A program made the translations under genes and the position numbers. Shown here piece after piece: positions 43,992 to 57,989 of a stretch of DNA of 64,000 nucleotides; positions within the stretch are counted from its first letter, which is position 1, and the number at the start of each line of letters is the position of its first letter. This stretch comes from the human T2T-CHM13v2.0 reference genome, Homo sapiens, in NCBI RefSeq assembly GCF_009914755.1, contig NC_060928.1; one strand, 5' to 3'. The notes beneath the pieces were generated by a model. That model saw only the letters and a program-made list of their open reading frames with translations. It searched no databases and was not told where the DNA came from.

Positions 43992-45394
43992 CTAGTAGTA
44001 GTAGTGTAGTAAGGATGGCAATGTTCTGAAATGTCTACTTTTCTATGTAATAACTGAAATTTTTCTTGGAGGCTGAGTCATTCTCATGAATATCAAAGAT
44101 TGAGCCTGTTATTCATTGAAGAGCTCTTGCAATATAATATTTGATTCTGTTTGCCCCCTAAACAATGTCTTACTCCTATACAATCAGCACGGCCACTGAG
44201 TTCAAAAGTTATGTGCTGTCCCCATTGGCAGACAGGCATCCGCACCACAGACTAGACTGCCTGTCCCCTGCCCTCACTGCTCTCGCCCCACTGGCCTTTT
44301 CTCGAGGTCCCGGCCCTCACTTCATCAGTTCCATTCAGTATATCCCCCAAACAGCATTTCCACTCAGCCTGCCAAGGAGAAGGAAAGAGAGTATTTAGAA
44401 TACGTCCTTCACTTTCCTGAGAGAACAGCTTTAAGAAAAGAAAACGTCACTCCTACTCATGTTAACCACCTATTGCCATATAATAGAACACATTCTTATG
44501 CTCTCTGAGCCTGTCTCTTTTCTTCGTCTCACTGTTTCTTGACGGTTATGTTGCAACCTGAGGCAGAGTGTCAGAAAGAGATGAGAGGGATGGCAAAAAC
44601 CCATTCATACTTTGAGACTCCTTTTCTCTAATTTTTAAAGCTTTTTCTCTCCTTCCATTAGATACTGTTGTTTCTGCGTGCTTCTAGTATACATAGTCAA
44701 CAATCATGTTGGTGAAAACTCCCTCAGGGCCTTTTTTTCTTTTTTCTTGTTCTTTCTCTTTTCTTCCTGGCTGGGGGCAGTATTTCAGCTTTGGGTTTTC
44801 GTCTTTGATGATTGCTGAAAGTCTGTCTTCTGAACAAGCGAGGATTAGTTGTATCCGTTTTGACTCTGACTTTCTCTTTCCCTGTTCCTCTACCTCCCAC
44901 ATTTGCAAATTACTTTCATTGCCACTCTGTGAAAAGCAGAATTACTCCTATTAATAGCTGGGCACTTGACTAACATTCCACAGGTTAACCCAAGCTTTGC
45001 CAAAAGGAAACAGCATAGAAAGACCCAGAAACTCTCCAGTGATGTGGTATCAGTGGAATAAGCTCTGCCACTGGAGCTCATTCAGTGGCTCAATGAGTGG
45101 CAGAGCTTGGGCAGCAATGCAAAGTCTTCCTGTGACCACATCTTTAATTTGAGTCTATTCGTTGCCGCAATTTTGCTTTTGTTTTTCCTTTCTCAAAAAT
45201 GGCCTCATTTTGTGAAAACAAAGTGTTTGCACTGATAATTAATAATTACTACACTTTTATTCTGGTATGTATACATACTTAGAAAGCATCACACATGCAT
45301 GTGTGCACACATACACACACACAGTGTGTATGTATTGGTAGCTTAGGCCTGGGTCAGTAGCTCAGAAACATCAGAATGCATTTGAAGGCTTTAG

Positions 45395-45780
45395 CCTTTC
45401 CTTCATGATTAGAAGATAGCTGTAGCTGCTCAAATACCAAGTGCTGTCACCATCTCCAGAGCAGGAAGGATGGGGCAGAAGCAATACATTTTGTGAGGCT
45501 CTGCTTATTTTATTCCGAAGTCCTTTCTGGGAGACTTCTTAAGTGCCATTGAACACAACGGTGTCTCGGGTCAATTTTTAGTTGCAAGAAAGGCTGGGAA
45601 ATAATGATCCAGCAAAGGCGAATGGAATCCTCATGGAGACCAGGTATAACTCATTCCTGGACTTGCAGAAGGCCCTAGGTGCAAAGGATCTCCATCCACC
45701 ATCTGAACATCAGGATTCCGCCTGGGTGGAGATGGCTGTGAGGGAGCTAACAAGCGGAACAGCATCTCCCACAACATGTT
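45395..45780 (-). mobile_element. Old MLT1-type LTR fragment
   Basis: aagatagctgtagc...gttgcaagaaaggctgggaa motifs. Confidence 0.45.
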
Positions 45781-47410
45781 TTAAAACATTCACAACACTG
45801 ACCCTCAAGTTTGTGCTTCCAATTGCTAGTGACCTCAGTGTCAAAAATGTGCTGACAACTGTGATGAAGAGACAAGGAGAGAAAAACAGACCCTCAGGAG
45901 AAACAGTGGGAGGGGGAGGGGAGTGGTTATTAACGTGAAGTTTAAAATATTCAAAGATAGGAAACGAGAAGCTTAACGTGATTGTCTACAGTGGTGTAAA
46001 GAAGATTTATATGTGTGTGTTCTTCTTTTCAAAAGGCAGATTTAGGTACCTTTTGGAGCACAATTGGAATATGCAAATTGCTGACCACAATTGCTATAAT
46101 GTATTACATTCTATGCATGCAAAAAAGAATACCAGGGTTTGTTCTCTCCTCTTTTAAACACCCAGATTTAATCTGACCTACAAAACAAATAGGGCTAAAA
46201 CACTGGGCACGTTTATCAAGTCTTCAAAAGAATGGAATAGAGGCTAATGAACAAAATGCTCACATCCCTTAAGATAACTCAAAGATTCTTGCTATAGCAC
46301 ATTTGGGGCCTCTTTTTTTTCTTTTTTATAAGTCAAATGATATGCAAGTAACAATATTTTTGAGTGCCAGATGGAGAAGACATCTGTAGAGTAAGAAACT
46401 AAAGAAAACACACTTCCAAGATTAAGGCACATTAGAAGAAAATTGTTGGCTATGTGAGTAATGAGGAGTTTGGAAAGGGTTTTCTCTATGTACAACATGC
46501 TCACTTACTGGGTGACACAAATGGAAGATGCCAATTTGTTTTTTTGGTTTTTTTTTTGAAAACAGTTTTCTTTACTAAAAAGGGGCTTTGCAGTCAAACA
46601 AAAGCACACTACTTTGCTTTCTTTCCTCATCTTTTCTGCATTCCTCAGTGACATTCTGATTGTTTCCATGAAGGTGTGGCAGTTTTGTCAATCTCCCAAT
46701 ATATGCTTAGCCTTTCAAAGAACCTATCTTTGTTCCTTGTGTCTATGGTGACCGTCTGTTAGTGACGAACAGATCAAGGTCAAGTAAGAAAGAGAAGAAA
46801 TAATTCGGCCCATACCTCTAACCCTTCCAAAGGGCGTAGCTTAGTAGTTTAGTAGTTTCGCTTCAAACACTGAGGACAGGGTGATTGCTGAGATGCTGTG
46901 GCAGTGGTTTCGGGCTGAGCAAAACACGCATAGCATGCTGACCAGAGACAGCAGCAGCTGTGAGGCTCATCTGTTTCCCAACACATTTTCTAGACTGTGA
47001 AGTCCCCTTGGAGGAGGACTGTCCATGAATTCCAAGCATGGAAGGAATCTGACCATTCTTTTTCATTTTAAAACCACATTACCTTTGTCCTAGCCTTCAG
47101 CTTTCAAGGCCATTTCACTTGGCATTTTTCATTGATTTGTGGCCAGAAACTGATGTGAAAAAGGAGAACTTAAAACCTGTTATTAGTCAGGGTTTGGAAT
47201 CAATTATGCTTCAAGAGTCATTTTCTATAACCAAGATTTCATTCGCAGAAGACATACACTTAGAACAATGGCTTGATCATGGATTGGGTGGGGGTGGAGG
47301 ACAAGAATGAAAGAGGACTGAGATGGCTGAAGGAGCCTCTATGGAAGACACAGAGCATACACGAGACTTGTATGTAGCAAGCGTTAAGAAGAGTCCACAA
47401 TGTTCGATAA

Positions 47411-47911
<501 letters not shown>

Positions 47912-47970
47912 TAATTATAAAGCTTTCTTAGAAATAAAAGGAAAAGACTTTCAAGCATAGAGTCCAGGCA

Positions 47971-48735
47971 GGTATCTATCATTCTGCTTTCTTCCTTCAT
48001 GGAATCAACATTTTTAGTTCCCATGTATGAGTGGAACATGCAATATTTGTTTTTCTTTGTCTGGATTATTTCACTTTACACAATGATCTCCCATTCCATT
48101 CATGTTGCTGCAGATGACAGCCTTTCGTTATTTTTTTATTGCCAAATTGTATTCCATTGTGTATATATACCACATTTCTTTATCTATTGGTCCATTGATG
48201 AGCATTTAGGTTAATTCCATATCTTGGCTACAGTGCTGCAGTAAACATGGAGGCGCAAGTATCTCTTTGATATACTGATTCATTTTCCTTTGGATCAGTA
48301 CCCGGTGGTAGGATTGCTGGATGGTATGGTAGTTCGGTTTTTAGTTTTTTGAGAAATCTCCATACTGTTTTCCATAGTGGCTATACTAACTTACATTCCC
48401 ACCAACAATATATAAGTTCCCTTTTCTTAGAGGCTGGGAAGGGTTTTTGGAGGAAGATAAAGAGAGCTTGGTCAATAGGTGAAAACATCAGTTAGAAAAA
48501 ATAAGTTCTAATGTTCGTTAGCAGAATAGGGTGACCATAGTTAACAGAAAGTTGTTGTATATTTCAGAATAGCTAGTAGACAGGATTTGAAATGTTCCCA
48601 ACACAGAAATGATAAATACTTGAGCTGATGAATACTCTAAATACCCAGACTTGATCCTTACACATTCTATGCATGTGACAAAATATCACATATCCCCCAT
48701 TAATATGTACAAACACTTGCATCAACTTTTTAAAA
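47971..48735 (+). mobile_element. L1MA-type 3' end with 5' inversion
   Basis: Antisense segment 47971-48427 followed by a sense 3'UTR 48428-48735. Degenerate TSD a(g/a)agtccag(g/a)ca. Confidence 0.8.
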
Positions 48736-49638
48736 GTCCAGACAAGAAAAAAGCCCATGTTGTTGATAATATAGAAGTTGCAGTCCTCTCCATCACACAC
48801 GTCATAAAGGCAGCACCAGAAACAAGCCATTGCCCAAGATAAGGGTACCTATTTACTGCGTGAATTTTTGTTTCAGGTTTACTTTATTGCTGCTCTAATT
48901 AGAATTCTTGTCCCTTTGTTTCACACTCGTAGCATGTATTTATGTCATCTCTTCTCTGATTTGAAAGATACCATTGTTTCAGCTTAAAACAGCCCCTGGT
49001 TTGAAAGTTGCACGGGATGCTTATATAAACAACAGGCAGCATGATAATTCATTGCTTCCTCTTAATTCCCATGTTAGTTGAAACTGGAAAAAAAATGACA
49101 CATGCCATTTTTAATAGGTAGTTGAGCTTCCTGTATAAAAAAAAAACTTGTAAATTTTGTAATGCTTCTTGGGACATATGTCAGTAATCATCACATGGTT
49201 TCAAGCACTGGGAAACATCTTAAAAGATGCTTTAAAGGATGAGTTACAAAAGAAGAAAAGTAGTCACAAGATTCTCTATAATCCCTGTTTGGTCACTCTA
49301 CATTTTCCTTCTGAATGCACTTTTTGAGAAAGTAAACTTACTTCTTCTCTTCAGTGTCATCTGAAATTTTGATACTTTAAAGAGACCTTTGCAGTTTTGA
49401 ATTTTGAATATAATATTCCTCAATGTATGAAAAACTACATTAAAAATCTAACTGTGGATGCCTATACTTGAATTAACAAGGAGTTTCATCTCCCAAAATT
49501 TCCTCATGCTGTGGTTTTTTTTCTGAGCTGGAATTGACAGATACTAAGTTTCTTAGTCAATCTTGCAGGCGCTTTCAGAATAATTAAGCCTGAGACTACC
49601 AGAAAGAACCATTAAAAATTAGAATCAGAGTTGGTGGT

Positions 49639-49685
49639 ATGGAAAGTTCTTTTGAAAGATGGAAAGTTCTTTTGAAAGATGGAAA
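49639..49685. repeat. Perfect 20-bp tandem duplication
   Basis: atggaaagttcttttgaaag x2.3. Confidence 0.95.
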
Positions 49686-50413
49686 ACATTAATTTAAAAG
49701 AGTTCAAGAGTTTAAGCCAAAAGAGCCAGTCAGGTTATGGAGCAAAAAAACTCTGCAAGATTACCACAACTGTACTTCTCTTTGAATAGATTTTCTACTG
49801 CCAGTTATATGAAATGGATATAAATCCTCCCATTCCAACAACTCAGGAACTTACTTAAGTGCAGGGTACGATAGCAACTGCAAACGAGTCTAAGAAAATA
49901 GGCTGAATGTCATTAAAATCCTTTGAAAATGTTCTGTGACATCTGTTTTCCATTTTGCTATGCTGTTTAATTAACTTCAGTCTTGCAGAATTGCAGAAAT
50001 CTTATTTGTTCAAAATAGTATCTTGAAGGAAGAGAAGTTTATTTAATAGAGAAGACTGTTAAGTGTAATACGGGCTTGATTAACTTCATCTCAAGTTTTA
50101 AATGTTTCCCATTGGCTTCATGATCTATCCCTATATATGGCTCATTTCCATAAAACTAAATCAAACTCTGGATGGCGGATCACTCTTATCCAGTTGGTAC
50201 TGCTGTCATGTTTCAAGGACACCAAAAATGGAAGAAATTACAGAGAATAGTGACAATTCAGAAACTATTCTTATTTGTCTTCATCGCTATAATATGAGGT
50301 CACTGGCTCCTGAGCTAGTGAGGAAATCCAAGTTCTAAAAAACATTCCTTCCTTATATTTGTTTTTTGTGTGTGTGTGTGTGTGTGTGATCTTTTTGATA
50401 AGAATAGTTGTCA

Positions 50414-50726
50414 AGGCTGGGCGTGGTGGCTCACGCCTATAATCCCAGCACTTTTGGGAGGCAGAGGTAGGAGGATTGCCTGAGGCCAAGGAGTTTGAGA
50501 CCAGCCTGAGCAGCATAGCAAGACGTCAAGACCATGGCTCTTTAAAAAAAAATAAAAGTAGCCGGCATGGTGGCTCATGCCTGTAGTCCCAGCTACTCGG
50601 GACAGTGAGGTGGAGGATCACTTGAGTCCAGGAATTCAAGGCTGCAGTGAGCTATGATTGTGTCACTGCGCTCCAGCCTAGACGACAGAGTACAATCCTA
50701 TCTCAAAAACAAAAAACAAACAAAAA
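50414..50726 (+). mobile_element. AluJ, preceded by (TG)n at ~50367-50388
   Basis: Full dimer. TSD aagaat(a/g)gttg. Confidence 0.9.
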
Positions 50727-52039
50727 AGAATGGTTGGAGAGAGAGAGAGAGAAAGAGGAAAATAAAAAGAGCAATTCATCCTGCAAAGACCTAGAACATG
50801 AGTGCCTCTTCTGATGAGGCTCAGTGGTCCTGGAAAGCTCCTATTGGACAAATCTTGGAGAATAAACAGAAACATTTTGGAGAGGTGGGAGAGCGAAGGA
50901 ACCAGTCTTCATTGACAGCTGACTTTATTTTTCGATTTGTCAGAGCACGCCAAAGCCCAGTGCCCTGTGACCAGGACAAAAGGGGAAGTGGCTGCATTTT
51001 GACATGTCCCAGCTTCACTAGAGAAAGCCCACTTGTTTCTGACTTTCCAGTGCGGGCAAAAGCTGGCAGATCCACCACCTGTGCTCTTGCTGCCCAGCAT
51101 CTAGGGAGCTTTGCTATTCTGAGTGTTTCTGAGGAAGCCATATGGATGGTGCTCAACTGGATTTTTCTACTTAGAGGGCTTTATGGATTTTAATGTAGAG
51201 GTCGTGGCTTCTCTGCATCACTGGCAAGTGTTGTCCATCTCTCCGTCCTTCTTGAGTTCCATACCCAGTGCATCATGAACAAATCCATCTTTTTTATCTG
51301 ACCTATGCTGTGTCTACTCTCTCAGCTCCTGCTTTTGCTTATCCCTCAAAGGGGAGGTGTTCTTAGCTCTCTGACCTCTGGGTTGATACAGAGGCCAAAT
51401 TTATCCCAGGGAAGGAATAAGTACATTTGAAATAAGTCACTGAGAGGAGAAGACTGTGTGTTTTAAAGCCAGGTTTGTTTAAAGTGTTATGATAGTATTA
51501 AGATGTTCTTTCATTTTCATAGAAGTACTTCATTTGGCTAGAAGGTCAAATGCCTGGTGCTTTGAGGACCTGAACAGTTTCTGTTCCATGAACATACCGG
51601 ACTCAGGAGTTCTTTTGCTCCAGATACTAAGTTATTAGAACAGTGTTTCCCAACTATGGTGAAAGAAAATCAATAATCAGAATTTTTTAGTAGTTTTCAG
51701 TATTTCAAAAGATCTAGTTCGTTTCACAGTTCAACTGAAATGATGGGTGTATTTGCATCTAGTGGCAATCATATTCACTATGTTAACCCTACATATGTTA
51801 ATCATAAGCTCTGATTGACAGTTGTATATTTTCTGTTTAGCACTAAATAAGGAAAGAATTCTAGTAATTTATTGAATGTAGTTGGATTTCCTTCAGACTA
51901 CAAAGAATGCCTTGACAATCTCACTCCCTCCTTTTGATTTTCAGTGATTCAGGTCATCTGGATTCCTGGCCTTCCTCCTGCTATTCTCTTCTGTAATCTC
52001 CATTTGCCCGACCACCTCCTACCATCTTTTAGTTTAAAC

Positions 52040-52430
52040 GCCATTCTCTGCCTTCCAGGAGCTATAGACTAGAATAGATTGCCTTCTGTGTCCTCCCCAG
52101 CAGTAGAAATTTCTACTGCGTGATAACTCTCACGCAATTACTCTCTCAGGGTTCTCTGACACCAGAGATTGTGTTATATCTTATTCTTTACCTTGCCCCA
52201 GCCCCTGCCCTGGTGTTTGGCACATAATCTACACTCAATAAATATTTCTTTGTTTAATGGGTGGATTGAATTCATTGTCACACTGAGTGACATCCATCTG
52301 GATGCTTGATTACACCACGCGGCTATCATATTCTGAAGGAACATGATATCTATGAAGATCTCAATCATGGTTTAATCCCCAGCAACTAGCACAGTGTCTA
52401 AGACAGAAACTTAATATGGTTCAATTACTT
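52040..52430 (+). mobile_element. L2 3' end fragments
   Basis: tggcacataatctacactcaataaatattt and ccccagcaactagcacagtgtct. Confidence 0.55.
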
Positions 52431-53674
52431 TCGAGATTTTTTTTTTAATGGGGACACTACAGATTTGGATAAAAGACATTAATGATGATGTTTCCTGTCC
52501 TATCACTAGGCAGTTCTATGAAAAGGCACTCCTTTTTTCAAAATTCCAACTTATAATGTAAGATTTGATGGGTTTGTTCAATTCCTACTAAGTGAGCAGT
52601 ACCATGATTTTAGGTCTGTAAGTAGCTTAAAGTTAAACTTAGAACTTTGGTTGGCGATGCTCACCCTGGTCTCTGTTATGGATAACAGTTTGAATGAGGT
52701 TGATGACTGGGTCTTTTAACTTGATGTCCTTGTTTATTTTCTGCTTGCTTTGTTTGGTCAGGTCTGGCATGGAGCCGAAAAATAAGAGCTTGCTTGCAGT
52801 TTGACTTTCACTGTGATTCAGTTTTGCAATCTTTTAAAAACATCCTTCAGGAGACCGCCATGTATCTATCTGTGGACATCTCCCAGATTTTCCAAAACAA
52901 GCACAAGATAAATAAGGGGGATTTGGAAATTTCCAAATTTTAACAGATGGGAATTTGCTTCCACTGTCTGAGAAATCTTTGCTATAGATAGAGGGGAATC
53001 CCAGAAAAAAATCTAAGTCTGAAAGCTCCACAGAGTTCTCTGCCTTTGCCTTCCCTGGAAAAGGGGTCGGGGGAGAGCAAACAGATGCTAGAAGCCAGTA
53101 AAGTCCTGTCCTCATGAAAGCTCTCAGCCCAGAGGACAACACTCTGGGGCAGTCACTTCAGTCATAGGATATTTCCCTCTCCAAATAACCGAGGAGAGAG
53201 CCTAACCTCTGGGGTGAGTGTGGTGTATAAAGTGTGAGAATCGTGCGTGTCCAGGAAGAGAGTGCTGCTAACAGATGACTCCTTGGGGGCCCCCTTTGTT
53301 CTCTGCTTCTGTTTGTATTGAGTCAGCTTGCTTAGGAATATAGATCAGTGAGACTAAAGTATCTCTGTTGGGCCAGTTCTTTCTTCTCTGTACCATGGTC
53401 AATCTACAGGGTGCCTGCACATCCTCCACAGCCTCGAGGTCACAGACTTACTCTCTGTGTCTCTAGGCTATAGAGCAGAACAAAACAGAGCCAAGACAAG
53501 GTGTCTGGAAAAACAGAACTCATGGTCTTCCAACAGGGCATCAAAGGGTTTCTAAAATTTAAAGCCAAAGGGAACCTCAGGGGTCACCTGGTCCAACCCC
53601 TCTGTTATTTTAGGAGGACAAGAGGCATTAAGTGATTCAGAAGACACAGTCTAGTGGTGGCAAAGAGGACAATT

Positions 53675-54029
53675 CAGACAGTTCCCAATTTACAATGATT
53701 CAACTTATGAAGTTTCAACTTTATGATGGAGTGAAAGTGATACGTATTTAGTAGAAACTGTATTTCAAGTATAACCATTCTGTTTGTCATGTTCAGTACA
53801 GGATTTAATAAATTACATGAGATATTCAACACTTTATTATAAAGTATGCTTTGTGTTGGATGAGTTTGTCCAACTGTAGGCTAATAGAAGTGTTCAGAGC
53901 ACATTAAAGGTAGGCTGAGCTATGATGTTCGGTAGGTTAGGCGTATTAAATGCATTCTCAACTTATGATATTTTCAACTTACGATGAGTTTATTGGGCCA
54001 TAACCCCACTCTAAGTCAAGGAGCATCTG
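53675..54029 (-). mobile_element. MER47A (TcMar-Tigger) flanked by MIR fragments
   Basis: Near full-length match, cagacagttcccaatttac...aagtcaaggagcatctg(ta). Confidence 0.88.
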
Positions 54030-55286
54030 TATAGGCTTTGGGGTCAGGCATCAGCTGGAATCCTGACTCTACCTCTTTAGTTCAGCTATGACCTTGAATA
54101 AGTCACTTAGACTCTTTAAGCTTTAGCTTTATTGATAAAACAAAAGTAATAATAGCACCATAGGACTGTTAAGAGGATTACATTAGAGAAAATTCATGTA
54201 AGGCACATAGCCTAATGCATGGCACTCAGTAAGTACCTAAAAATTAGTAGCAACTATTCATCTTCGTCATCATTATCATGATCATCAAAGCTGGAGCCTA
54301 GGACCCAAGCCTCCTAGCTCAGCATTCCTCTTACAACAGCCCTTTGAATCACCTTCATATGTCGTTAATACTTCATTGGGTACCCCAATCTATATTAGTT
54401 TAAGTACAGACTGTGGTGACATCATTAGTTAGAGTCTGTGAGATGGGGGGGGGGGGGCAAATAATGATTCATTCTCTTAAAAAGGGGATGTAACACTTTT
54501 TTTTTTCCTTCTTCAACTGGAATAGTTAGGGATGTAACACTTTAAAAGAGCATGTTGTACATCAAGGTAATATAGGTAACTTAAATTTATTTTGGATTTT
54601 GTTTATGTATGGTTGCAATCCCATTAGAGTTTAATGGTATTTTCATTTTACAACACATTCTAGTGTGTTAGGAAGTATGTGTTAAGAGTTCTCTTCTATT
54701 TATTATTTTCATTACTTTCCCATTCCAGTATAGACATAGTAAACTCCTAAAATTAAGTATATTCTTCTTAAAGAATTCTAAGTGACCATTTTGGTGGAAA
54801 AACTACCTGCGCTAGTTTGCATGTGATCTAAATGATCCAAACTAATGGGTGAGCTTTGGGTGCTTGAGGACTATATGCAGGAGAAAAGAGGAGGGATGGA
54901 TAAAACTTTTCCAATTTTAAAATAAAAATTATTTTCTGAATGTGCTTTAAATGCATCTGCTACATGTACTCAAGAATGTTGAGTCTGACCCCTCAAATTT
55001 ATTCATTAAGTTTTGCTACATCAGACTACACAAAGGTCGGGAAATCATGTGTCCAAAATAAAATCAGATTTGAGCTCCACCTTATTCTGGCCTATACAAT
55101 GTCCCTGTTCTTACCACCTTTTCTCGTCTTTCACAACCTTGAATCAGAATCTCTAGTTCAACATCATTTCCTTTTTTCCCTCCCCCACTTAAACATAAAA
55201 TATAGATATGTGAATTCTATAAAGCCTGCTTGGATAATCAGCTTACCCTAATTCAGCTCTTTTCCTCATCAAGAGGAGGGACTTGA

Positions 55287-55401
55287 CAGCTACTCAGGAG
55301 GCTGAGGCAGGAGAATGGCGTGAACCCGGGAGGCGGAGCTGGCACTGAGCTGAGATTGCGCCACTGCACTCCAGCCTGGGCGACAGAGCGAGAACCCGTC
55401 T

Positions 55402-55432
<31 letters not shown>
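55287..55432 (+). mobile_element. 5'-truncated AluY right arm
   Basis: A30 tail. TSD aagaggagggactt at 55271-55284 and 55431-55444. Confidence 0.92.
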
Positions 55433-55437
<5 letters not shown>

Positions 55438-57217
55438 GGGACTTCAAACCTTAGTGCTGGTAGTAACACCTGAGACAGAAAACCCGTGTGACACAGAATA
55501 TGAGTCCTTAAGCAAAAGGACTGTCGTATTCATCCCTGTGTCTCTGGAGCTAGCACAGTCCTTAGTGCATTGTACATTTGAACAAATGTTTGAGTGAATA
55601 ACAAGCCCGTTCTCCATTCTGGTTAACTTACGAGTACTGTACCAATTTTCTTCCCTGGGCGGAAAAAATTATGAACCATGGTTCTTGTGAAAGTTATTAT
55701 TTTTAAATGCCTAGACATTCATTCCCAGAACTAGAAACATAAGAAACAAGTTGATACATCAAGGGACCAAGAGATATAAATGATAATAACTTGGAAATAT
55801 TTAAAGTTGTAAAGATCCTGCTTAGAAGAGGGAAGTTATCAAAAGGGGTTGAGACAATAGTTGAATGACTGAGAAGACATTAATGAAAATCACATAGGAG
55901 TATGATCTAAGAAAAGGTACTTGACATTTTTCCAAGTGAGAAAACTGCATGATCAGATAACCATGCATAGGTTGGAGATGTGTCCAGAGAAATTTATTCC
56001 TGAAAGACAGCGATAAAGTACCAGAGCTAAAATAGTCCATCTGATAGAGACATTGGAGCTGAGATCTGAAATGATGCCTGTTTCTTATTAAGTTGGATTC
56101 TATTTACTACACATTTTTTAGTGTATAGATAGAAAAGGGTACACAATAGGTACCTAAAAGCAGATAGCTGTAATTACTACTATTTATCTTTTGTGCTCTG
56201 AGGTTTCTCATACTGTGTTGGTGCCACACTCTAATCAGCTGCATAAAAGGGTAGATCACTTGCCACCACAGAGGCATGTGGGAGAAGACAGCATGTCTAG
56301 GACATTACGCTGAGGCTGAGGCAGTAGGCAAGGAAGTCCAACCTGCAGGCTAAGAGTCAGTTTTCACTCCTGTGGGAAAAGCATGCCCAGCTCTCAGCAA
56401 AAGCATAGAAATCAAGAGAGAACAGTAAAGGCAAACAGGATATGTAGCCTAGTTCCAGTTGAAGGTATTATTCCTAACAATGAAAAATGTCAATATAACT
56501 ATTTCCAGAGTTAAAACTTCAGACACATGCTATGACAATGAGACAGTATGTTTGAAACTACAGATGTCCAAGGAAATTCAGGCTATATGCTCACCATATG
56601 TAGAGAAGGCAGGGAAATTTAATTGTTTGTAGAGAAAGAGACCCAAGACTTCGTAAAGCCATGGGATATGGAGTTGGGGGACCTGCCAGTCACCTTGTCA
56701 GTTCACTTCATTTTATAAAGAAAATTTCTAGTCTCAGGGAAGCCAAGCAACTTTCCCAACCAAAACGTTAGCTTTGCGTTAAGAGAATTTTAGAGATAGA
56801 TTATTAACATCTTGCGGCTGAGATACTGTAAATATCTTCAAGAATTCCAACATTTTGAGCAATTGTAACTCCCAGAATAATTATTTTTGCTATAAATATT
56901 TTGCCCATTTTATGGTAGTATTCCAGGGTCTTTACTCCCAAGTCAAACTCAAATATTGGGAAAAGTCGGATCCTTTTTCTTATCAATTCCCACTTCACAT
57001 TCCCCGTTGTGATCAGCTTTCTGAATTTATTTGTAATTATTTCTTCAGAAGAGAGAAATATGGATAATGGACGGAGGAACAGGAGAAAATGTTAGCATAT
57101 TGACACAAAGGTTTCAGTATTCTAAATAATCAAATATTTGAAAAATATATATTTTGTCCTTTTGCCCTAGAGATATAAATTGACACAAAAATATTTACAA
57201 AACACATTAGTAGACAT

Positions 57218-57389
57218 CAATGGGTCTAAAACTGTGGTCCTCCAAACCAGCAACATCAGCATCAGCTAGGAATTTGTGGAAAATGCAAATTTTCAGTCTC
57301 ACCCCAAATCAGTTGAACCAGAAACTCTGGGGTGGGACCTGGCAATCTGTATGTATTTAAACAAGTCCACCAGGTGTTTCTAACCACTG
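57218..57389. mobile_element. MER5A (hAT-Charlie)
   Basis: cagcaacatcagcatc...aaatgcaaatt...cagaaactctggggtggg...aaccactg. Confidence 0.8.
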
Positions 57390-57989
57390 GTACAGACAAA
57401 TCAGACAAGCATAACCAGATTATTGGATGTCAGTTCTAAGTAATATAGGGGGTGAATATATCAAATCCTTTGGGAGAATAAAAGCTTAGTTGACTTCTAT
57501 GGTGTATTCGTTTCCTATTCTGTATAACAGATTACCATGAATTTAGTGGCTTAAAACACCCCACATTTAATAAGCTTCGTAAGTTCCTGTGGATCAGGAA
57601 TCCAAGCATAGGTTAGCTGGGTCCTCTGCTTTGAGTCTCACAAGGCTGCAATCAAGGTGTCACTCAGGCTGTATTTTCATCTGGAGGCTCAACTGGGGAA
57701 GAATGGGCTTCCAAGCTCCTTTAGGTTATTAGCAGAGTGCATTTCCTTGTGGTTATATGACCGGGCCTTGGTCTCTTATTGGCCATTTAATGGAGGCTGC
57801 CCTCAGTTCCTAGAGGCCACTCCAGTTATCTGCCATGTGGCCCTCTCCAGAGGCAGTTCACAGTGTGGCAATTTGCTGCTTCTTCAAGGCTTTCAAGGCC
57901 AGCAGGAGTCTCTCTCTAGTCTGCTAAGATGGTGTCATATATGTCATATAACATAATCATGGGAGTGACCTTCCATCACCTTTACCCTG

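Noticed and set aside
45290-45333. Alternating purine-pyrimidine tract with Z-DNA potential
   Set aside because: Short interrupted CA/TG microsatellite, common in introns, with nothing else to support function.
46832-46900. tRNA-like start gggcgtagcttagt
   Set aside because: No B-box/T-loop (GTTCRA) and no acceptor-stem pairing downstream.
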